NCBI GenBank assembly: GCA_002269645.1
Contig: NIVC01002474.1
Location: 1 to 46,102, forward strand
From: Macrostomum lignano
Taxonomy: Eukaryota
DNA: 46,102 nt
Reading direction: 5' to 3'
Within the stretch, counting starts at the first letter, position 1. Every line of letters begins with the position of its first letter. The notes under the pieces were generated by a model. That model was given only the letters and a program-made list of their open reading frames with translations, did not search any database and was not told the DNA's origin. A program made the position numbers and the translations under genes. Positions 10,537-19,506 of the stretch are shown piece by piece.

Positions 10537-13500
10537 CTGAATAGAAAGTTAGCGAGCGGCTTTAAGCTTCAACTCAAATGTTAAAGATTTGAACAAATTG
10601 AAGAAAACAATTGTTGATTGTTTCTCTATTTTGGCGCTAACTGACTCCGTTATCTGGCATTCTATTTCGGCGCCAGCTGACACTCTACTTGGCGTCCAAA
10701 CTGACACTCTATTTTGGCGCCCAAACTGACACTCTATTTTGGCGCCCAAACTGACACTCTATTTTGGCGCCCAAACTGACATTCTATTTTGGCGCCTAAA
10801 CTGACATTCTATTTTGGCGCCTAAACTGACATTCTATTTTGGCGCCCAAAATGACATTCTATTTTGGCGCCTAAACTGACATTCTATTTTGGCGCCCAAA
10901 ATGACATTCTATTTTGGCGCCTAAACTGACATTCTATTTTGGCGCCCAGACTGACCCTCTATTTTGGCGCCTAAACTGACATTCTATTTTGGCGCCCAGA
11001 CTGACCCTCTATTTTGGCGCCTAAACTGACACTCTATTTTGGCGCCTAAACTGACACTCTATTTTGGCGCCCAAACTGATACTCTATTTTGGCGCTAACT
11101 GAATCTCCATTTTGGCGCCATCTTAACGCTCTTTTTGGCGTCAACTAACTTTTAATTTGAGCTATCTTACTTTATTTTGGCGCCAACTGACACTTTCTAC
11201 ACCTAAACATAATCCAGAAATCATTAGAAAATTTCAAAACGAACGAGCCGTAAAAAAGCAACTCACGACACTTATTGCGGCCGCAAGTGGCCGCGCAGAC
11301 AGCCTTGTACAGCGGCTTGCTGCATTTCCCTTGCCGCAAAATATTTTTGCACAATTTGTCGCTAAACTGATTCTCCCCGCATCTTGTCTCGCAGTGGCCG
11401 CAGGTCAGCCGGCAGAATCGCGCCATCACCTCCGGATACCTCTTGCACCGGCCGCGAGCTCGCCACTTCAGACACTTTTTCCGAGGCATTCTGTCCAAGC
11501 ACAGTTTGTTCAGGCACTCGCACTCCTTGGGCGGCACGCAGCGGTTGCTGCTGTCCAGGACGAAGCCTCGCTTGCAGCGACAGCCTTCGGCGCTGGGCAG
11601 GTGAAAGCATTTCTTAGGTGTGCCGAAGAAATGACTGCCGCATGTGGCAGGACATGGGCTGGCCCTGCTGGTGAAGTGCTCGTTCGGGCCGCACTTTATT
11701 GCTGAAGGTTGTTGTTGAGGAGGCTGATTTGGTTGAATATTTTAGGTCGATTAGCCATGCGTTTGATCTATAATTTAATCAGAGGCCACGGCACCTTATC
11801 TCTGATTTCACCTGCGATGAGGGCCGCCACCCACCCCCACCTTATCTCTGATTTCACCTGTGAGGAGAGAGGGCCGCCACCCACCCCCACCTTATCTCTG
11901 ATTTCACCTGAGATGAGGGCCGCCAACCATCTCCACCTTATCTCTGATTTCACCTGTGAGGAGAGAGGGCCGCCACTCACCCCACCTTATCTCTGATTTC
12001 ACCTGAGATGAGGGCCGCCAACCATCTCCACCTTATCTCTGATTTCACCTGTGAGGAGAGGGCCGCCAACCACCCACCTTATCTCTGATTTCACCTGTGA
12101 GGAGAGAGGGCCGCCAACCACCCACCTTATCTCTGATTTCACCTGTGAGGAGAGAGGGCCGCCAACCATATCCACCTTATCTCTGATTTCACCTGTAAAA
12201 AGCCGCTCCTACACTTTTCCTTTTTTAAACAAGAATAAAAGTATTGCTAATTGATGCTACTCATAGTAGGTGAATTGCGCATCAACTTATTAGTTATAAA
12301 CACAGCTTACGACATCCGCTTCGATGCCTCCAAGACAGCGGCTTGTGGTGCCTGGCGCAGCGTCTCGATTGCAGGTAGAAGCTGGCGCACAGAATCTTCT
12401 TTCTGAGAGCCCCCTTAGCCGAGCAGGCGTCTGCGATGCACGGCCGCAGTACTTCTCGATTCAAGCAGCCGTCCTTGCCGTTAATCACCCGACTGCACCG
12501 GTGCACAGCCTCCCGCTTGGCGGCCGAGCTCAGGCATCGAAGCTTCCGCTTGACCGGACGGCAGCCAGCCTCGGACAGCCAGCTGCCGACTTCGTCCTTG
12601 CCGTGTCCGTCGCAGTCGCCGGCCAGACCCTCCAGCTTGCCGCGGTACTTGCCGCTCAGCCAGTAGGTGGCGGACCAGTCTCCGTCGAAGCCGACCCAGA
12701 AGTTGCAGCGCTTGTGCGCCAGCACCAGGTCTTCGCCGGAGAAGAAAATCCTCACACCTTTGTCCGGCCCGTGGGGCACCGACTTCAGCTGGCCGTTCAC
12801 CTGCGATGGTTGTGCGAAATATCGGTTTGGCCTTGGGCAACCAGAGTCTTACACATGCTCCCACGGGGTGTACACGGTTTCTGATCGTCAGGAATGTACA
12901 CTCTCTACGCCTTGAGGGTTGGCTCTGATGGGTGTGAATATCTAGCATAACATGTCTAGAGTTCAGGAAGCTTTTAGAATTCCCAGATGCTCAGTTGCTG
13001 GGCCAGCCACCCAAATCCTCAGTTGCTAAGCCAGCCTCCCAGATCCTCAGGTGCTGGGCCAGCCTTCCAGATCCTCAGTTGCTAAGCTAGCCTCCCAGAT
13101 CCTCAGTGCTGGGCCAGCCTCCCAAATCCTCAGTTGCTGGGCCAGCCTCCCAGATCCTCAGTTGCTGGGCCAGCCTCCCAGATCCTCAGTTGCTGGGCCA
13201 GCCTCCCAGATCCTCAGTTGCTGGGCCAGCCTCCCAGATCCTCAGTTGCTAAGCCAGCCTCCCAGATCCTCAGTGCTGGGCCAGCCTCCCAGATCCTCAG
13301 TTGCTGGGCCAGCCTCCCAGATCCTCAGTTGCTAAGCCAGCCTCCCAGATCCTCAATTGCTGGGCCAGCCTCCCAGATCCTCAGTTGCTGGGCCAGCCTC
13401 CCAGATCCTCAGTTGCTGGGCCAGCCTCCCAGATCCAAACCAAACAATAATCAAACACCAGCCAAACTCACGGTGAGTTTCCGCCCAGCCAGCAGTCGAT

Positions 13501-14617
13501 AGACCTTCCCATCGACTTTAACGGTGACGGCACTCAACCGGGACAGGCCGCTGCTCGGACCGCTGACAGCTTTGAAGCTGGCCAGAATCTCCAGCTCGCA
13601 CAGCGATGAAGCATCCTTGTCGGCAACGGATCTCGTCAACAGCAGATCCCGTTTAAGGCAGCCTCCGAGGGCGGGGTCGGCAGTCACCCTGCCGCCATCG
13701 AACTGATAAATATGGCCTCTGGCGCCGCCGACGCTGGCGTAACAGTCTATTGAGTTAAAGGAAAACAAATGGCTTTGATTTGAGCATATCTACACCTGCT
13801 TCCATCTCCCATAATGTCTACCCTAATCTACATGTACCAGTTATGAGTACCCTCAATTTCTACCCTAATCTACCAATTATTACCTCTCAACAATGTGTAC
13901 CTTTAACTACCAGTCATACTTATCTCTGAATGTCTACCATAATATACGAAGTTTAATTACCTCTCAATGTCTACCTTGATCTGCCAATTATAATTTCCTC
14001 TCAATGCCAACCCTGATCTACGAATTAAAATTACCTCTCAATGTCTACCCCAATCTACCAATTTTAATTACCTCTCAATTTATACCCTGATCTACCAATT
14101 TTACCCCTCAATGTCTACCATGATCTACCAATTTTAATTACCCCTCTATGTCTACCCTGATCTACCAATGAAAATTACCCCTCAATGTCTACCTGATCTA
14201 TTAATTAAAATTATCTCTCAATGTCTACCCTGATCTACCAATAAAATTACCTCCCAATGTCTACCCTGATCTACCAATAAAAATTACCTCCCAATGTCTA
14301 CCCTAATCTACCAGTTATAATTTAACCCCAATGTCTACCCTAATCTACCAATTATAATTTAACCACAATGTCTACCACAATCTACCAATAAAAATTACCT
14401 CAATGTCAACCCTAATCTACCAATTATAATTACCCCTCAATGTCCAATCCATCAAGAAATACCTTAAAAGCCTGTATCTATACCTGCATCCACCTGTAAC
14501 GCATCCCGCTCAACGCCAACAACAATAAAGAAACTCACCACTATGAGCCAACGCAGGGGCACTCAGAGCTGCAAGGCAAACAAGAGCAGCTAGAAGCGGC
14601 ACTTGTCCAGCAGCCAT
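97..14617 (-). CDS. Giant secreted vWD-C8-TIL-ShKT2 protein with a long Lys/Arg/Cys-rich modular tail (mucin/adhesive-like); 20 exons in window, 3' end outside window; two 1-nt frameshifts
   Basis: Hand-built exons with canonical GT/AG sites and consistent phases: 14617-14539, 13746-13472, 12800-12311, 11701-11267, 10536-10399, 9722-9429, 9030-8635, 7936-7682, 6911-6592, 6502-5932, 5847-5581, 5504-5088, 5016-4885, 4764-3912, 3767-2842, 2750-2466, 2382-2245, 2152-1235, 1147-840, 739-97. These sum to 8140 nt, or 2714 codons if one G is restored at each of 1839-1840 and 396-397. The last exon ends CAA/GTGAGT, so the gene continues left of the window. Confidence 0.85.
7015..7558. repeat. Intronic 20-bp minisatellite (GACAGGGTCATCACCTGTTA), about 26 copies
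   Basis: Direct inspection; GGGT/GGAT variants. Confidence 0.97.
7962..8103. repeat. Short 21-23 bp tandem repeat (GTTTCTAAGAAAAA...), about 6 copies
   Basis: Direct inspection. Confidence 0.85.
8222..8445 (-). mobile_element. SINE family B copy lacking the A box
   Basis: Reverse complement aligns to about 40880-41095. Confidence 0.7.
9085..9377 (-). mobile_element. tRNA-derived SINE, family A (CORE-like body)
   Basis: Head GGGGTTGTAGCCTAGTTG (A box)...GGTTCGATTCC (B box); body TGTGTCCTTGAGCAA...CTTAAC...CTGTAAAATGGG resembles the CORE/V-type SINE domain; second copy at 22645-22824. Confidence 0.75.
9770..10306. repeat. Two abutting intronic arrays: 16-bp TGGTGCTGGCGCCCCT and 15-bp GGTGCTAAAGCCCCT
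   Basis: Direct inspection; the switch is at about 9950. Confidence 0.95.
10625..11150. repeat. Intronic 25-bp minisatellite (CTGACACTCTATTTTGGCGCCCAAA), about 19-20 copies
   Basis: Direct inspection. Confidence 0.95.
11267..11701 (-). CDS. Exon 4: TIL domain followed by two ShKT domains
   Basis: TIL: CGPNEHF...CPATC...C...EGCRCKRGFVLDSSNRCVPPKEC. ShKT1: CLDRMPRKKCLKWRARGRCKRYPEVMARFCRLTCGHC. ShKT2: CGENQFSDKLCKNILRQGKCSKPLYKAVCAATCGRNKC. Confidence 0.85.
11790..12198. repeat. Intronic 41-55 bp repeat with core CCTTATCTCTGATTTCACCTG, 9 copies
   Basis: Direct inspection. Confidence 0.93.
12311..13746 (-). CDS. Exons 2-3: von Willebrand factor type D domain plus C8 domain
   Basis: DCYASVGGARGHIYQFDG (vWD start, like C-x4-GDPHY-x-TFDG); WVGFDG; YRGKLEGLAGDCDG (like GLCGNFDG); C8 pattern CIADAC...LCASFYLQSRRC...LSWR...GC. 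Confidence 0.85.
12985..13436. repeat. 28-bp minisatellite (CTGGGCCAGCCTCCCAGATCCTCAGTTG), about 16 copies
   Basis: Direct inspection; same family, inverted, at 33445-34460. Confidence 0.95.
13810..14450. repeat. Degenerate repeat of about 41 bp in intron 1 (AATGTCTACCCTGATCTACCAATT...)
   Basis: Direct inspection. Confidence 0.85.
14539..14617 (-). CDS. Exon 1 of the secreted protein: signal peptide
   Basis: GAAG-ATG-G start; translates MAAGQVPLLAALVCLAALSAPALAHS (hydrophobic core, A-x-A cleavage site); GTGAGT donor in phase 1, matching the next exon. Too short for the ORF track. Confidence 0.85.
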
Positions 14618-14750
14618 CTTCAATTCGCACAGAATGAAGAGCTATATTTGTTGCTATCCAAATTCCAAGTTGTCAAGGTGAAACACTGATCCAAAGACAA
14701 CTTTGCTAGCACAACTCAAGAGGCAAATCTGGATTCCTGGGGCCAACAAA

Positions 14751-14756
14751 TTTATA
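14751..14756 (-). promoter_or_regulatory. Candidate TATA box for the secreted-protein gene
   Basis: TATAAA on the minus strand 134 bp upstream of the ATG at 14617; position only, no transcript support. Confidence 0.3.
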
Positions 14757-15219
14757 CAGAAATTTTGCAATCTGCAACCCCCCCCCCGACTGTTTATGCT
14801 GAGCCAAGCAGATAGCTAAAATCATGATTTATGATTATACTACTGATCAACCCAATTTTCAATCAGTAGTGTTTAAAAGACACCTGCCTTTGCCAATAAA
14901 TTATTTATTTCTAGTTGACAAGATTTTTCGGTTGATTTTTATGTTCTGATATCCAAGTCGAGAGGTGCATTCGATCCAAATCAGAATTTCACCTGTTGTT
15001 TTATTCTTCGCTCTGACTACAGCATGCAACAATCAAAATAGCAAGTCAGTCAAACCGATTCACAAAAAATTATTGACAATGCCAAAGTGATTTTTTATTG
15101 AATCGAAAAATCCTATGATTAGGTCAGCAGTTTTAATCGAGCAAGCAAAATATGTCCTCTACTAGTGATTAGACTGCTAGTCATATACTTAATAAGAAGT
15201 GAAAACACCACCTCCATCT

Positions 15220-16195
15220 CATCCTAGTCTAACCTCTATCTCACCCTAGTCTAACCTCTATCTCACTCTAGTCTGACTACTATCTCATTCCATTCTCCCC
15301 TCTATCTCACCCTAGTCTAAACTCATCTGACCGTAGTCTAACCTCTATCTCACCCTAGTCTAACTACTATCTTCTTCCATTCTCCCCTCTATCTCACCCT
15401 AGTTTAACCTGCATCTCACCCTAGTCTAACCTCTATCTCACCCTAGTCTAACTACTATCTCATTCCATTCTCCCCTCTATCTCACCCTAGTCTAACCTCT
15501 ATCTCACCCTAGTCTAAACTCATCTGACCGTAGTCTAACCTCTATCTCACCCTAGTCTAACTACTATCTCATTCCATTCTCCCCTCTATCTCACCCTAGT
15601 CTAAACTCATCTGACCGTAGTCTAACCTCTATCTCACCCTAGTCTAACTACTATCTCCTTCCATTCTCCCCTCTATCTCACCCTAGTCTAACTACTATCT
15701 CCTTCCATTCTCCCCTCTATCTCACCCTAGTCTAAACTCATCTGACCGTAGTCTAACCTCTATCTCACCCTAGTCTAACCTCTATCTCACCCTAGTCTAA
15801 CTACTATCTCCTTCCATTCTCCCCTCTATCTCACCCTAGTTTAACCTGCATCTCACCCTAGTCTAACCTCTATCTCACCCTAGTCTAACCTCTATCTCAC
15901 CCTAGTCTAAATACTATCTCCTTCCATTCTCCCCTCTATCTCACCCTAGTTCAACCTGCATCTCACCCTAGTCTAACCTCTATCTCACCCTAGTCTAACC
16001 TATATCTCAAACTAGTCTAACTACTATCTCATTTCAATCTCCCTTCTATCTCACCCTAGTCTAACCTCTCACCCTAGTCTAACCTCTATCTCACCGTAGT
16101 CTAACCTCTATCTCATCCTAGTCTAACCCCTATCTCACCCTAGTCTAACCCCCTACCCTACCCTAGTCTAACCTCTTAATCTCATCCTAGTTTAC
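15220..16195. repeat. Intergenic composite satellite with a 22-bp core (TCTAACCTCTATCTCACCCTAG) plus 21- and 44-bp variants
   Basis: Direct inspection. Confidence 0.93.
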
Positions 16196-16508
16196 ACTAT
16201 ATTTCACCTTAGGATAACGTATATCTGAAACAATCTAGCATATGTCTCACACATTCTTACGTGTATCTCTTTCAGTCTAAATTCAATATGCAAGGCAATC
16301 GAATGGTGAAATGAAATAATTAAACCGAAAATAACAAACAAAAAACTACAGATTTTCTTTTTCGAACACGTTTTAAAACAAAAAATGCAATTATAATTAT
16401 AATATGGGATGTTAAAGATTGTTTTAATTCTACAAGCAATGATAATTAAAAGCTAAATTGACTTATTTCTAAGGTAGCAAAAATAATTAATAAATTTAAT
16501 ACAAAATA

Positions 16509-16849
16509 ACGGGTGTCCCAAAAAAAGGCAACACTCTGTGCGCTCACTGTGAGTGAGCAGTTAGGCCTATAGCACAGTAATTTAACAGGTCCGCAGTAAA
16601 CATTTGTAAGTTCCTCCCACAAACATTTGGTTGCGAAAGATTGTCTATGGCAGCTGTGTATGGCAAAGCTTGGCAGAAAAGCTAGCGTACACTTCTGCTC
16701 AATAACTCGCCTCTGGAGCAATTTTTCGCAACCAAATGTTTGTGGGAAAAACTTACAAATGTTTACTGTGGACCTGTTAACTGTGCTATAGGCCTAACTG
16801 CTCACTCACAGTGAGCGCACAAAGTGCCACCCCCCTTTGGGACACCCGT
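16509..16849. mobile_element. 341-bp MITE (Tc1/mariner-like) with long TIRs
   Basis: TA/ACGGGTGTCCC...GGGACACCCGT/TA; arms of about 130 bp, nearly perfect apart from a variable patch near the ends; spacer of about 80 bp. Confidence 0.82.
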
Positions 16850-17350
16850 TATAAACTAATGAAATGCAATCGATTTACTACTAAGTTTGTTTGGAGTAAA
16901 ATTTCTTGTACACACCTAACCAAAATTCACGTCACACAAAATTCTTAGCCATAGACAGATGGACTTGCAGTCTAGATAAGACAGACTATGTACATAGCTG
17001 AAGGTTAGGCCACAGACTAAAATAATAATAGAATCAAGTTTTTGTCTATAGAGTTCTGCCTCAAGCTTGACTGACTTGGAAAGCTAATTTTATCGCTACT
17101 AGTCTGTTTCTAAGGCAGTCTCCAGTCAGGGTGACTTTTAACCATAGAAATTTCAAATTTTTACCCCGTCATATACGAAACTAAACTTGCAGCATGGCAC
17201 AAAATCTTGGCATACGTTTTTAAAGCTAGCAATAACAGATTCGCGTATAAAGGATTATAAAAAATAAACTTGTCAATATACAGTACAGGTTGAATATAAT
17301 ACAAATAGAATAATTGCAATTCACTGCGCTCATTTAACTGTTTTTTACAC

Positions 17351-19470
17351 AAAATCACTGACTCAGATACGAAATCACTGACCCAGTTATCAAATCACTG
17401 ACTCAGATACCAAATCACTGACCCAGTTATCAAATCACTGACTCAGATACCAAATCACTGACCCAGTTATCAAATCACTGACTCAGATACCAAATCACTG
17501 ACCCAGTTATCAAATCACTGACTCAGATACCAAATCACTGACCCAGTTATCAAATCACTGACTCAGATACCAAATCACTGACCCAGTTATCAAATCACTG
17601 ACTCAGATACCAAATCACTGACCCAGTTATCAAATCACTGACTCAGATACCAAATCACTGACCCAGTTATCAAATCACTGACTCAGATACCAAATCACTG
17701 ACCCAGTTATCAAATCACTGACTCAGATACCAAATCACTGACCCAGTTATCAAATCACTGACTCAGATACCAAATCACTGACCCAGTTATCAAATCACTG
17801 ACTCAGATACCAAATCACTGACCCAGTTATCAAATCACTGACTCAGATACCAAATCACTGACCCAGTTATCAAATCACTGACTCAGATACCAAATCACTG
17901 ACCCAGTTATCAAATCACTGACTCAGATACCAAATCACTGACCCAGTTATCAAATCACTGACTCAGATACCAAATCACTGACCCAGTTATCAAATCACTG
18001 ACTCAGATACCAAATCACTGACCCAGTTATCAAATCACTGACTCAAATATCAAATCACTGACTCAGATACCAAACCACTGACCCAGTTATAAAACCACTG
18101 ACTCAAATACCAAATCACTGACCCAGTTATCAAATCACTGACTCAGATATCAAATCACTGACCCAGTTATCAAATCACTGACTCAGATACCAAATCACTG
18201 ACTCGGATACCAAATCACTGACCCAGTTATCAAATCACTGACTCAGATACCAAATCACTGACTCGGATACCAAATCACTGACCCAGTTATCAAATCACTG
18301 ACTCAGATACCAAATCACTGACCCAGATATCAAATCACTGACTCAGATACCAAATCACTGACCCAGTTATCAAATCACTGACTCAGATACCAAATCACTG
18401 ACTCAGATACCAAATCACTGACCCAGTTATCAAATCACTGACTCAGATACCAAATCACTGACCCAGTTATCAAATCACTGACTCAGATACCAAATCACTG
18501 ACCCAGTTATCAAATCACTGACTCAGATACCAAATCACTGACCCAGTTATCAAATCACTGACTCAGATACCAAATCACTGACTCGGATACCAAATCACTG
18601 ACCCAGTTATCAAATCACTGACTCAAATATCAAATCACTGACTCAGATACCAAACCACTGACCCAGTTATAAAATCACTGACTCAAATACCAAATCACTG
18701 ACCCAGTTATCAAATCACTGACTCAGATACCAAATCACTGACCCAGTTATCAAATCACTGACTCAGATACCAAATCACTGACTCGGATACCAAATCACTG
18801 ACCCAGTTATCAAATCACTGACTCAGATACCAAATCACTGACCCAGATATCAAATCACTGACTCAGATACCAAATCACTGACCCAGTTATCAAATCACTG
18901 ACTCAGATACCAAATCACTGACTCAGATACCAAATCACTGACCCAGATATCAAATCACTGACTCAGATACCAAATCACTGACCCAGTTATCAAATCACTG
19001 ACTCAGATACCAAATCACTGACCCAGTTATCAAATCACTGACTCAGATATCAAATCACTGACCCAGCTATCAAATCACTGACTCAGATACCAAATCACTG
19101 ACCCAGTTAACAAATCACTGACTCAGATACCAAATCACTGACCCAGTTATCAAATCACTGACTCAGATACCAAATCACTGACCCAGTTATCAAATCACTG
19201 ACTCAGATACCAAATCACTGACCCAGTTATCAAATCACTGACTCAGATACCAAATCACTGACCCAGTTATCAAATCACTGACTCAGATACCAAATCACTG
19301 ACCCAGTTATCAAATCACTGACTCAGATACCAAATCACTGACCCAGTTATCAAAATCCCTGACCCAGTTATCAAATCATTGACCCAGTTATCAAATCATT
19401 GACCCAGTTATCAAACCCCTGACACAGTCATCAAATCCCTTATTCAGTTATCAAAACCCAGTTATCAAAT
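17351..19470. repeat. About 2.1-kb satellite: 40-bp dimer of 20-bp monomers (CAAATCACTGACTCAGATAC / CAAATCACTGACCCAGTTAT)
   Basis: Direct inspection; a variant block recurs at 18041 and 18621 (580-bp higher-order repeat). Confidence 0.98.
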
Positions 19471-19506
19471 CAAATTTTCATTTAGTCCGATATTACATGT
19501 ATTTCG

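Noticed and set aside
13464-13480. Palindrome AAACTCAC-G-GTGAGTTT over the exon 2 donor
   Set aside because: An 8-bp stem with a 1-nt loop is not a stable hairpin and is plausible by chance.
15220-16195. Telomere-like TTAGGG character of the 22-bp satellite
   Set aside because: No true (TTAGGG)n runs, only partial TAGGG/GTTAG words.
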